Assembly: GCA_963716145.1 (NCBI GenBank)
Contig: OY970292.1
Coordinates: forward strand, 901,404 to 965,403
Direction: 5' to 3'
DNA length: 64,000 nt
Origin: Candidatus Levyibacteriota bacterium
Lineage (GTDB): Bacteria; Patescibacteriota; Microgenomatia; Levybacterales; UBA12049
The notes under the pieces are model-generated. The model made no database searches. It worked only from the letters and a program-made list of their open reading frames with translations, and was not told the DNA's origin. Shown here piece by piece: positions 18,291-27,438 of the stretch. Every line of letters begins with the position of its first letter. Position 1 is the stretch's first letter. A program made the translations under genes and the position numbers.

Positions 18291-19217
18291 ATGAGAAAAG
18301 AGCAAAGCGGAGCCCCTCAAAACTATCAAGACAGTGCATACGCGCTCGCTTCTGGATTGGCAAAATGTAAGCGTAACAAGTTGATCTCAAGGGAAGAAGC
18401 GAGAGCAGCAAGGCGTGATAGGCGCTCAGCAAGACAAGTCAGAAAAGAAACATTACTTTATCTTCGAGGGGCTCCAATAGAAGAGTTGAGTCACCTTTCG
18501 GATTTTGATCAGGCGAGAATTGATTCTAGATTGGTAGAACTTACTGCTCAAGATGCAAGTGTTTTGGAGAGTAAGAAGGATCAATTTTCCAACTTGGACC
18601 GAACAAAACTCTTATTTAAAGCCAAGGCTGGACGTAGAAGCGGTTTGACAAAAGAAGAAAGAGCAGAAATGTATAAAGATGCGGGATACACAGATTTACA
18701 AATACAAGGATTAACCGGCAAACAACGTCTTTCTGCTCTACTGGCAACAGGTATATTATCAGGTGCTTCAGAAGGAGCAAGAGCAGTAGCTACGACCCAC
18801 CCAGATCTCATTCCCTATTTAGATCATTTATCGGGGAGAAGCGGAACAATTGCATCATCGGCAGCACTTGGATTATATAGCCTTTCTTATGGTTTATTTG
18901 CCTGGCAAAACCTTCGTTTCGCTAGGGAAGGATTCGCAAGCGGTAATACATTTCTTACAGAGATATATCTTGGTGGAGACATGTTGTTTCCAGACAATAT
19001 TCGGGATTTGCTAGCTTGGGGCGCGCCGGTTGCAGGAACTTTATTTACACATGGTGCATTACTTACTGCTGCAATTGAAGGAACAACAGGCAACACTAAA
19101 AGCGTTATTGCGGGTAATTTAGCAGGCGCTGGCGCAAATGCTTTATATTTAGCTGGAGGAGAGGCAATACTAAACCGAAAGAAAAAAAGAAAATCAAATC
19201 CTCAACCCGAGCCATAA
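18291..19217 (+). CDS. hypothetical protein, Arg-rich N-terminus and Gly/Ala-rich hydrophobic C-terminal half; locally elevated GC
   Basis: 308-aa ORF with no recognisable domain. Its composition is visibly GC-richer than the flanks. Confidence 0.4.
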   Translation: MRKEQSGAPQNYQDSAYALASGLAKCKRNKLISREEARAARRDRRSARQVRKETLLYLRGAPIEELSHLSDFDQARIDSRLVELTAQDASVLESKKDQFSNLDRTKLLFKAKAGRRSGLTKEERAEMYKDAGYTDLQIQGLTGKQRLSALLATGILSGASEGARAVATTHPDLIPYLDHLSGRSGTIASSAALGLYSLSYGLFAWQNLRFAREGFASGNTFLTEIYLGGDMLFPDNIRDLLAWGAPVAGTLFTHGALLTAAIEGTTGNTKSVIAGNLAGAGANALYLAGGEAILNRKKKRKSNPQPEP

Positions 19218-19268
19218 TATTACTCCCAATTTTTAATTTCCATCTCTTTTCTCAATGTTTCAAGTTTT

Positions 19269-19613
19269 CTACCATAACTCCACAAACATACCTTTACTCA
19301 GAAGTTCCTGTTCGCGTAAATGGCTGAGGTTTTCAATAACAAGGCCAGTTGCTGATGATATAGTTTGGATAAAGGGCTGGGGCATAAAACGCGCGCATGC
19401 TTTCCATTCTCCAACGTGCTGCGCGTATTCACTGGCAAAAAATCCGTTGAGAATTTCTACAATAGGCATTAGCTCATTATAAGAGAGCTTTTCTTCATTT
19501 TTAACTTGTTTACTTTGGTAATGAAATAATTTCCACTCTTTGTTATCAGCTTCATAAATCCGCATGATTATCTCTGTAGGTTCGAGAAGAAGAATTCCAT
19601 ATTTTTGCCTCAT
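19269..19613 (-). CDS. hypothetical protein (downstream partner of XRE regulator)
   Basis: 114-aa ORF immediately downstream of the HTH gene and co-oriented with it. No known motif. Confidence 0.3.
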   Translation of the reverse strand: MRQKYGILLLEPTEIIMRIYEADNKEWKLFHYQSKQVKNEEKLSYNELMPIVEILNGFFASEYAQHVGEWKACARFMPQPFIQTISSATGLVIENLSHLREQELLSKGMFVELW

Positions 19614-19661
19614 ATATCTAATAATATTAGAGATTTATCTAATATGTCAAGAGGTAAGATG

Positions 19662-19982
19662 TCAAGATTTGGATTTTTTTAGGAGTTTTTTAACTTCCGC
19701 AAGCTCTCTTTCTATTGAAAGCAGTTTGGTTGTAACATTAGCTTCATCAATATTTTCCTGTGTAAAATAACTGAGCGGGCGTTTTGTGACGCTGGCGATT
19801 TGCCTAAGTTTGGTAAGAGGCGGAATACTTCGCCCTTTTTCATACGAAGAAACAGATTTGTCTGACAAGCCAATGCCGCGACCTAAAGCGTTTTGTGAAA
19901 GACGAGCATCTCTTCTTGCTGCTCGGATGCGTCGGGCCAGCTCCTGCACATGCCTCTGTTTTTTTAGATCGACATTTGTCAT
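19662..19982 (-). CDS. XRE-family helix-turn-helix transcriptional regulator
   Basis: LSQNALGRGIGLSDKSVSSYEKGRSIPPLTKLRQIA is an HTH_XRE (Cro/C1-type) motif. Confidence 0.7.
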   Translation of the reverse strand: MTNVDLKKQRHVQELARRIRAARRDARLSQNALGRGIGLSDKSVSSYEKGRSIPPLTKLRQIASVTKRPLSYFTQENIDEANVTTKLLSIERELAEVKKLLKKSKS

Positions 19983-20003
19983 ACGCCTTATTATACTATA
20001 GTC

Positions 20004-20705
20004 ATGAAGAGAAATCTAAAGCTAAAAAAGCTGCGTATAAAAGACTTACCGTTCTCATCCCGTCCTCAAGAAAAATTATTAAATAAAGGCCACGAAAATC
20101 TATCCGACGCAGAACTATTGGCAATCTTACTCGGAACAGGTTCTGCAAAGCAGAATGCGATATTGTTAAGTCGGACATTATTAAACAGTTTTCCACTCAA
20201 AAAACTGTCCAAAACTTCTATTTCAGATCTGGTTAAGATTTCAGGAATAGGGAAATCAAAAGCAACCAGGATTTTGGCCGCGCTTGAGTTGGGAGAGCGT
20301 GTTTTTGCTCCTTCACTGCTCACAAAAACAACTATCAGAGGGGCAGGAGACCTTTTGTCACACCTTAAAGATATTGCAGACAAACGCCAAGAATACTTAG
20401 TCGTTTTTTATCTAAACGCGAGGCATGAGCTGCTGCAAAAGGAAATCATAGGGCAGGGAAGTCTGAATAATATGTTAATTACGCCAAAGGAGGTTTTTTC
20501 ACCGGCTCTGATCACACCCTGCGCTTCAATTATGGTGGCGCACAATCATCCATCAGGTGATCCAACTCCATCTGAGGATGATGTCAGTTTTACCACCAGA
20601 ATCCACGAAGCAGGAGAAGTAATTGGAATTCCTCTTATTGATCATGTAATTGTTGCAAGGTCGGACTATTTTTCTTTCAGGGATGGAAAAAAGGAAAAGA
20701 TCTAA
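20004..20705 (+). CDS. radC: RadC-like JAB/MPN domain protein
   Basis: N-terminal helix-hairpin-helix region plus the JAMM motif HNHPSGDPTPSEDD. Confidence 0.85.
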   Translation: MKRNLKLKKLRIKDLPFSSRPQEKLLNKGHENLSDAELLAILLGTGSAKQNAILLSRTLLNSFPLKKLSKTSISDLVKISGIGKSKATRILAALELGERVFAPSLLTKTTIRGAGDLLSHLKDIADKRQEYLVVFYLNARHELLQKEIIGQGSLNNMLITPKEVFSPALITPCASIMVAHNHPSGDPTPSEDDVSFTTRIHEAGEVIGIPLIDHVIVARSDYFSFRDGKKEKI

Positions 20706-20986
20706 AGACTTAGTTTGAGGATTTGAATTTTTTTGAGCCTGGTCCAACCTTTAATCTGTCTTTCTCTTTTCAAGGCCTCCGATTTTGAATTTAATTGCTC
20801 AAGGTAAATTCTTTTTATTGGTTTGTGTGATCTAGTATATTTAGCACCACTTCCATTAATATGGTCAGCAAGTCTGGCATTGGGCTTATTTGAGTAGCCT
20901 GTGTAAAGACTTTTGTCCGAACAAACTAGGACGTATACGTACCATAAGCCCTTCGGCAGGCTCAGGGCACTTCGACTTTCTAGCAT
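20702..20986 (-). CDS. GIY-YIG nuclease superfamily protein (UPF0213-like)
   Basis: VYVLVCSDKSLYTGYSNKPNARLADH... are GIY-YIG motifs. About 94 aa. Confidence 0.65.
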   Translation of the reverse strand: MLESRSALSLPKGLWYVYVLVCSDKSLYTGYSNKPNARLADHINGSGAKYTRSHKPIKRIYLEQLNSKSEALKRERQIKGWTRLKKIQILKLSL

Positions 20987-21060
20987 AATTCAACGTTATC
21001 ATAAAAACCCATGACATTCTATTATGTGCTTGCGCTGAGCGAACGTAGTGAGTCGAAGTG

Positions 21061-21133
21061 TACCAGGGGTGGGAGTTGAACCCACGGTCGCCGGTTTATG
21101 AATCCGGAGCTTTAACCACTAAGCTACCCTGGC
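21061..21133 (-). tRNA. tRNA with CAU anticodon (Met or Ile2/lysidine)
   Basis: The reverse complement folds as acceptor GCCAGGG/CCCTGGT (G1-U72), D-arm GCTT-AGTGGTTA-AAGC, anticodon stem CCGGA/ACCGG with loop TTCATAA (anticodon CAT), T-arm GTGGG-TTCAACT-CCCAC, discriminator A. Confidence 0.7.
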
Positions 21134-21317
21134 GCGATGCTGAAAGTATATCAATTGACCGTAGCTAAATCAAATGTTATACTAGTAAGCACAATGTTGG
21201 CAAAATCAACGGATTTTGAAACAAGACGCGGGGTAGTGTACGGTGCACGTGAGGCTCATAATCTTACAGATAAGGTTCAACTCCTTACCCCGCAACAAAA
21301 ATAACTTGCTTCCAACT

Positions 21318-21686
21318 ATGCGTGATTTTTTTGATAAAATTTCAAATAAGGTCTCAAGAGCAATGGGTACTCCATGGTCTTTCTTCGTTGCAATATCTGT
21401 AATAATTATCTGGGCAATTTCAGGCCCACTTTTTCATTTTTCAGACACATGGCAATTGGTTATCAATACCGGAACAACGATTGTCACATTTTTGATGGTT
21501 TTTCTCATTCAAAATAGTCAGAATAGAGACTCAGAATCAATGGAGCTGAAATTGAACGAGATTATACGAGCAATCAGAGAGGCAAGAAATGATTTTATTG
21601 ATCTGGAGGAAATGTCCGAGGACCAGATGGATAAATTTCAAGAAGAGTTCCGGCAACTTGCCAAAAAAAGACTTAAGATAAAATAA
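21318..21686 (+). CDS. small membrane protein, low-affinity iron permease (Fet4-like) family candidate
   Basis: About 120 aa with 2 TM helices and LVINTGTTIVTFLMVFLIQNSQNRD, followed by a charged coiled C-terminus. The start is moved to the internal Met because the longer ORF overlaps the tRNA-like element. Confidence 0.45.
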   Translation: MRDFFDKISNKVSRAMGTPWSFFVAISVIIIWAISGPLFHFSDTWQLVINTGTTIVTFLMVFLIQNSQNRDSESMELKLNEIIRAIREARNDFIDLEEMSEDQMDKFQEEFRQLAKKRLKIK

Positions 21687-21708
21687 ATCTTATCCTCTAA
21701 ATGCTAGT

Positions 21709-22506
21709 ATGAAAAATAATCCTATTGGAATTCTCGATTCAGGGCTTGGAGGCCTAACGATTTGGAACGAAATTGCCGCACAATTGCCTAACGAATCTAC
21801 TATTTATATTGCGGATTCATTAAATTGTCCTTACGGAAGTAAGGATAAGGATCAAATATACAAAATGAGTAGGAGCATGATTAAATTTTTGCTGAAAAAA
21901 GACGCAAAGCTTATTGTTATTGCCTGTAACACAATCACCGTTTCCTGTTTGGATAAGCTGAGAATTGACTTTCCCAAAATTCCAATTGTTGGCACAGTAC
22001 CGGTAATAAAAACAGCAGCATCAATGACCAAAAACAAACGTATCGGGGTTTTGGCGACTAGTAGAACAGCAAATAGTTCATATCAAAAAGAACTTATCAA
22101 AAGATTTGCCAAAGACTGTACGGTTTTTAGTCACGGGACAGATGAGTTGGTGCCAATGATTGAAAAAGGAGAAATAACTGGTGAAAAAATTGAAAAAAAA
22201 CTGCAAACTGTTTTGGCAAAATTTCAAAAAAAGCAAATCGACATTCTTGCGCTTGGATGTTCACATTTTCCATTTTTGGAGCCTGAAATAGAAAAAATAT
22301 TGGGAAATGGCGTATTACTCCTTGATTCGGCAGGCGCTATAGCAAGACAAGTTAAAAGAGTCCTGGAGCACAATGATAGTTTGGTAAAAAGCGGTAATTC
22401 TAGTTATAAATTTTTTACAACAGGGAACATAGGAGTATTTAGAAAAATTACAAAAGAGTTGGGAAGAGATACAATAATAGGGAATATTGAAAATATAAAA
22501 ATATGA
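21709..22506 (+). CDS. murI: glutamate racemase
   Basis: IGILDSGLGGLTIWNEI...VIACNTIT and a second Cys-containing motif GCSHFPF. Confidence 0.85.
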   Translation: MKNNPIGILDSGLGGLTIWNEIAAQLPNESTIYIADSLNCPYGSKDKDQIYKMSRSMIKFLLKKDAKLIVIACNTITVSCLDKLRIDFPKIPIVGTVPVIKTAASMTKNKRIGVLATSRTANSSYQKELIKRFAKDCTVFSHGTDELVPMIEKGEITGEKIEKKLQTVLAKFQKKQIDILALGCSHFPFLEPEIEKILGNGVLLLDSAGAIARQVKRVLEHNDSLVKSGNSSYKFFTTGNIGVFRKITKELGRDTIIGNIENIKI

Positions 22507-23873
22507 TTAATGATTTAAAGAATAAAAAAATTGCAATACTGGGACTTGGGGTTGAGGGAATATCAGTTATTGAATATCTGTATAAAAAAGGAATTAGTGT
22601 TATTGTATTAGATATAAAGACAAAGGAAGAATTTGATGCGGAAATTCTGGATAAAGCAAAAGAATTCAAAGCAGATCTCATTCTGGGTAGAAATTATCTT
22701 GAAAACCTTTCAAGGTTTGATATTGTCTTTAGAACACCCGGAATTAGACTGGATATCGTAGAGAGTGCAATAAAACAAAAAGAAACCGTTATCACATCTC
22801 TGACAAAACTCTTTTTTGAGCTTTGTCCATGTCCAATTATCGGTGTGACAGGAACAAAAGGAAAAGGAACTACGGCTAGCTTGATATATGAAATGTTGAA
22901 AGAGGCAGGAAGAGATGTTTACTTGGGTGGAAATATTGGTACCCCGCCTTTAGATTTTTTGGATAAGTTGGACAAAGATTCAATCGTTGTTCTTGAGTTA
23001 TCAAGTTTTCAGCTTCAGGATTTGGGTAAAAGTCCTCATATTGCGGTAATGCTGATGACAACCAGTGAGCACCTGGATCACCATAAAGACACTTTAGAAT
23101 ACGTTGATGCAAAGCGAAATATTTTGAGGTTTCAAAATTCATCGGATTTCGCGATTGTAAATCGGGATTACCCGGCAAGTAACGAATCAGACATCTATTC
23201 CGATGGGAAAGTTTTTTATGTGTCGCGCGAGAGAGCCGGTCAGAGCGGTTCATTTATCCGGGATGAGGTAATGTGGATGCAGACTGACGGGAATGAAAAG
23301 AAAATTATTGACATCAAAGACATTCTTCTTCCGGGAAAGCATAATTTGGAAAACGCAGCAGCCGCTTCTCTGGCAGCTCATTTAGAAGGAGTTGGGCGGG
23401 AACAAATCGTAAGGGTGTTAAAATCTTTCAAAGGTCTGGAGCATCGCTTGGAGTTAATTAGAGAAGTAGAGGGGGTCAAGTATTATGACGATTCTTTTTC
23501 TACCACTCCCGAAACAGCAATTGCCGCGATTGAGGCCTTTTCCGAGCCTGAAATTCTGATCTTGGGAGGGTCGAGCAAGAATAGTGATTTTACAGAGCTT
23601 GGAAAAGTGATAAGTAACGCCAAAAATATAAAAGCAATTATAGGGATTGGGGATGAATGGCATCGCATGAAAGCGGAATTTCCAATTTCCAATTTCCAAT
23701 TTCCAATTATTGAAGACGCAAGAGATATGAAGACAATTGTTTTGGCAGCAAGTAAAATTGCCGCGCCCGGGGACGTAGTTTTGCTATCTCCAGCGTGTGC
23801 TAGCTTTGGGATGTTCGAAAATTACAAAGACCGTGGGGAGCAGTTCAAAAAAGAAGTTTTAATGCTGTCTTGA
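22503..23873 (+). CDS. murD: UDP-N-acetylmuramoylalanine--D-glutamate ligase, with in-frame heptamer-repeat insertion (EFPISNFQFPI)
   Basis: N-terminal Rossmann motif IAILGLGVEGIS and Mur ligase P-loop GVTGTKGKGTT. The start overlaps the murI stop. 4.5 copies of AATTTCC lie at 23677..23708. Confidence 0.85.
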   Translation: MINDLKNKKIAILGLGVEGISVIEYLYKKGISVIVLDIKTKEEFDAEILDKAKEFKADLILGRNYLENLSRFDIVFRTPGIRLDIVESAIKQKETVITSLTKLFFELCPCPIIGVTGTKGKGTTASLIYEMLKEAGRDVYLGGNIGTPPLDFLDKLDKDSIVVLELSSFQLQDLGKSPHIAVMLMTTSEHLDHHKDTLEYVDAKRNILRFQNSSDFAIVNRDYPASNESDIYSDGKVFYVSRERAGQSGSFIRDEVMWMQTDGNEKKIIDIKDILLPGKHNLENAAAASLAAHLEGVGREQIVRVLKSFKGLEHRLELIREVEGVKYYDDSFSTTPETAIAAIEAFSEPEILILGGSSKNSDFTELGKVISNAKNIKAIIGIGDEWHRMKAEFPISNFQFPIIEDARDMKTIVLAASKIAAPGDVVLLSPACASFGMFENYKDRGEQFKKEVLMLS

Positions 23874-24347
23874 TCTGGATGGAATAAATCTTCCTTCCTT
23901 GAAGGCTGCATTGATTGCCCTATTAAGCCGTGGTATTACGCCTGACATTTGGAAACGTTCACGGGTGAAAACATCTTTATGTATTCCTACTACAACTATT
24001 GCGTCTGCATGAGGGTAAGCCCGAACACTCATTTCTCTACAGCCCTCTTTTATCTCATCCCATATAACTGTAGTTACAACTGCTCCATCCGTATCAACGC
24101 TAAAAAATTTTTGATTGGCTTCGTTAGTCGGCTCAATATCAGTATTTAGCATTTTTAATCCTGGTAATCCAAGATTTTCTGCCCGTAAAGCTGCAAGCAT
24201 TTCGAATACGCCTTTTTCAGCCATTAGACCTATCCCAGCTTTAATAGCCTCTGGTTTGTTCTCTTGTTGTATGCCTTTAAATTCATTTTCAGCGCTAGCT
24301 CTTCTAGCTCTCATGTGATGAGCACCGCGCACATTTTCAAGTTTCAT
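23859..24347 (-). CDS. hypothetical protein
   Basis: 162-aa ORF, convergent with murD. No confident family assignment. Confidence 0.4.
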   Translation of the reverse strand: MKLENVRGAHHMRARRASAENEFKGIQQENKPEAIKAGIGLMAEKGVFEMLAALRAENLGLPGLKMLNTDIEPTNEANQKFFSVDTDGAVVTTVIWDEIKEGCREMSVRAYPHADAIVVVGIHKDVFTRERFQMSGVIPRLNRAINAAFKEGRFIPSRSRQH

Positions 24348-24495
24348 ACTAATTTGTTATTATACAGCTAAAAATTAAAAATGCAAGTGCTATAGGTCTT
24401 TTAGTGAATTTTTTGGCTAAAGTTTTGTTGGCGACCAAAATTAAAAAACTTCCAACTTTCAGTCCTAATTTGGGACTGGCATAGGCTCAGATTTT

Positions 24496-26394
24496 GTGAT
24501 ATACTATAAAAATTCTATGGCAGCGAATGGTAAAAGGCACTCTTCAAACGGCAGGAAAAGAACAATAAAACTTAAGGCTAAATTCTCCTGGAAAAACTTT
24601 TTCCTTTATGGTTTATTGGTTGTTTTCTCCCTTTTCGTCTTTTCAGCATTAAGCGCATCAAGCGAGGACAAGAAAACAGTATCTCTTTCGCAAGTAATTA
24701 CTGATGTTAAAAAAGGTCAAGTATCCCAAATATCAATTTCAGGCGATAAGCTGACAATTACTGAGAAAAACGGAAATGTTGTCCAGGCATTTAAAGAGCC
24801 CGGGTCCAATGTATATACTATTTTTAAAGACGCGGGTATTTCTTTGGGCGAGGCAAAGATCACAGTTAAGGATGATACCGGCTTAAACAGTTGGATCAAT
24901 ATAGCATCAGCTATTTTACCGGTTGTTTTGATGATCGCGTTTTTCTACTTCATTTTTCGTCAAGCTCGTGGAACTCAGGAAGGTATTTTTTCTTTTGGTC
25001 AGTCCCGCGCTAAGCTTTTTAACCGTGACAATCCAAAAGTCACATTTAAAGACGTTGCGGGGGTTGATGAGGCCAAACAGGAATTAAGCGAGATTGTCGA
25101 TTTTCTAAAAAATCCTAAGAAGTATACAGATCTGGGAGCACGTACTCCAAAAGGTGTCTTAATGGTAGGACCTGCGGGGACTGGAAAAACTCTTTTAGCC
25201 CGCGCTACAGCAGGTGAGGCGCATGTTTCATTTTTCTCAATGGCAGGATCTGAATTTATGGAGATGCTGGTTGGGGTTGGCGCCTCAAGAGTGCGTGATT
25301 TGTTTAACACTGCCAAAAAGGCTCAGCCGTCGATAATCTTTATTGATGAGGTTGATGCGATTGGGCGCCAGCGGGGTGTGGGTATGATGGGAGGACACGA
25401 TGAGCGTGAGCAGACCCTGAATCAGATTCTGGTTGAGATGGATGGATTTACTCCAAATGAACACGTAATCGTTATGGCAGCAACCAATAGACCTGATGTG
25501 TTGGATCCGGCACTTGTCAGGCCCGGGCGTTTTGACAGACGCGTTGTGCTTGATTTGCCTGATGTTGAAGGACGCAAAAAAATTCTGGCAATTCATGCCC
25601 AGGGAAAACCATTTGACGCAAATGTCAATTGGGAAAAAGTTGCCAAAAGAACAGTAGGATTTTCAGGAGCTGATCTTGAAAACATGCTTAACGAAGCAGC
25701 AATCGCGGCAGCCAGGCACAGCAAGAAGGCAATTGATATGGCAGATCTTGAAGAATCTGCGACCAGGGTAAAGCTCGGTCCTGAGAAAAAAAGACTGCAA
25801 TCAGACCATGACCGCAAGATGACAGCTTATCACGAAGCAGGACATGCTTTGGTTGCATGGGAAATGCCACACGTTGATCCGATCCACAGGATTTCAATCG
25901 TATCCCGTGGCATGAGTCTTGGACATACAATGACTGAGCCTATTGAAAGAGTTCATGAAACAAAAGCTCATCTTCTTGAGCAGATTGCAGTCATGATGGG
26001 AGGACGTGCCGCTGAGAGTCTTGTTTTTGAAGACGTCACAACCGGTGCATCAGATGACATTGATAAAGCAACTCAGGTGGCTCGCGCTATGGTAACCAAA
26101 TTCGGAATGAGTGATTTGGGACCAATTACTTATGACGCGCAAAAGTCAGTTTATGAGCAAAGTGATGTATCTCCTGAAATGGCTGCAAAAATTGATGGAG
26201 AGGTAAAAAAGATCGCAGAAACTGCCTACAAACAAGCAAGTGAGATTTTGGCAAAACTCCGCAAGAAACTTGACGTACTGGCTGCGGAACTTCTTGTAAA
26301 AGAGACAATAGAATCGGATGATTTTATAAAGTTAATTGGTATCAAAAAGGTCCTCGCAACAGCTCCGGCAAAGGGATCAACCAGGCTCAGCTAA
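24496..26394 (+). CDS. ftsH: ATP-dependent zinc metalloprotease FtsH
   Basis: N-terminal TM helices; AAA module [18 protein letters not shown]; zinc-binding HEAGHALVA. Confidence 0.9.
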   Translation: MIYYKNSMAANGKRHSSNGRKRTIKLKAKFSWKNFFLYGLLVVFSLFVFSALSASSEDKKTVSLSQVITDVKKGQVSQISISGDKLTITEKNGNVVQAFKEPGSNVYTIFKDAGISLGEAKITVKDDTGLNSWINIASAILPVVLMIAFFYFIFRQARGTQEGIFSFGQSRAKLFNRDNPKVTFKDVAGVDEAKQELSEIVDFLKNPKKYTDLGARTPKGVLMVGPAGTGKTLLARATAGEAHVSFFSMAGSEFMEMLVGVGASRVRDLFNTAKKAQPSIIFIDEVDAIGRQRGVGMMGGHDEREQTLNQILVEMDGFTPNEHVIVMAATNRPDVLDPALVRPGRFDRRVVLDLPDVEGRKKILAIHAQGKPFDANVNWEKVAKRTVGFSGADLENMLNEAAIAAARHSKKAIDMADLEESATRVKLGPEKKRLQSDHDRKMTAYHEAGHALVAWEMPHVDPIHRISIVSRGMSLGHTMTEPIERVHETKAHLLEQIAVMMGGRAAESLVFEDVTTGASDDIDKATQVARAMVTKFGMSDLGPITYDAQKSVYEQSDVSPEMAAKIDGEVKKIAETAYKQASEILAKLRKKLDVLAAELLVKETIESDDFIKLIGIKKVLATAPAKGSTRLS

Positions 26395-26481
26395 TTTCCT
26401 TCCCCAGTTTCCATCTCTGTTCAAGCAGTTAATTTATCTCCAATAGTCATCAACAAAAAGCCTCCGTGATATAATTGCTTC

Positions 26482-27438
26482 ATGAAGAAGTTAATAATCA
26501 TTGATGGGAATGCTATTCTTCACAGGGCGTACCATGCGTATCCTCCGCTGACAAACAATAAAGGTATGGTTATAAATGCCGTGTACGGGTTTTTTTCAAT
26601 GCTTTTTTCAATCATCACTGATCAGAAGCCCGAATATCTGGCGGTTTGTTTTGATAGACCCGAGCCGACATTTCGGCAAAGCCTGTTCGCCGGTTACCAA
26701 CAGGGACGGCCAAGTCTTCCCGATGATTTTGTCCCGCAAATCCTACTGGTTCATGAGCTTTTGGAAAAAATGAAAGTTGCTGTTTTTGAACTGGATGGAT
26801 ATGAAGCAGATGATTTGATTGGGACATTGGCGAAAAGATCAGTCAAAACAAAAAATTTGGAAGCTGTTATTGTCACGGGAGATCGTGACATGCTGCAGCT
26901 TGTGAATGGTAAAGTGAAAGTTATGATGCCTCTGCTCGGGATCACTAAGACCGTTACGTTTGATGAAAAGGCTGTTGAGGAAAAGTATGGAGTTACACCG
27001 AAGCAGTTTATAGACTATAAAGCGTTGATTGGCGACGCGTCTGACGGATATCCGGGAGTGACGGGGATTGGGCCAAAAGGTGCAGCGAATTTACTTAAAG
27101 AATATGGAACTTTTGAAAATCTTTACCAGAATATCCCCAATCTGCCTGAGAAGATAGGTCTCAAGCTCGCGACTGATGCCGAACAAGCGGCACTTGCCAA
27201 AAAACTTGCAACAATTGATACGGATGTACCTACTTCATTCGATATTAAAAAATGTCTATGTTCGGATTTTGATATCTCCAAGCTGCGTGAAGCGTTCCTG
27301 GATCAGGGATTTAATACTCTGACAAAAAGACTAGATACGGTATTTGGAGTTTCGAATCCAAATGTTACAGAGGAGACAAAAGAGCCAGATGAGACAAAGG
27401 TTGATAAAAAGACGAGCGATCAGTTGGAATTGCTATGA
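26482..27438 (+). CDS. 5'-3' exonuclease (FEN/Pol I N-terminal domain family, stand-alone)
   Basis: LIIIDGNAILHRAYHA... and the acidic cluster YEADDLIGT, VTGDRDMLQL are typical of 5'-3' exonuclease N/C domains. No polymerase domain follows. Confidence 0.8.
   Translation: MKKLIIIDGNAILHRAYHAYPPLTNNKGMVINAVYGFFSMLFSIITDQKPEYLAVCFDRPEPTFRQSLFAGYQQGRPSLPDDFVPQILLVHELLEKMKVAVFELDGYEADDLIGTLAKRSVKTKNLEAVIVTGDRDMLQLVNGKVKVMMPLLGITKTVTFDEKAVEEKYGVTPKQFIDYKALIGDASDGYPGVTGIGPKGAANLLKEYGTFENLYQNIPNLPEKIGLKLATDAEQAALAKKLATIDTDVPTSFDIKKCLCSDFDISKLREAFLDQGFNTLTKRLDTVFGVSNPNVTEETKEPDETKVDKKTSDQLELL

Noticed and set aside
18291-19217. Prophage structural protein assignment for the GC-richer 308-aa ORF
   Set aside because: No recognisable phage motif (capsid, portal, tail, terminase) and no neighbouring phage genes beyond integrase/XRE; left as hypothetical.
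21228-21294. tmRNA (ssrA) as explanation for the tRNA-like element
   Set aside because: Only 67 nt between the paired ends, with no tag-reading-frame region or pseudoknots; incompatible with one-piece tmRNA.
23677-23708. Possibility that the heptamer tandem arrays are CRISPR repeats
   Set aside because: Units are only 7-9 nt, directly tandem without spacers, and lie inside intact ORFs; not CRISPR. No CRISPR array or cas genes were seen anywhere in the window.
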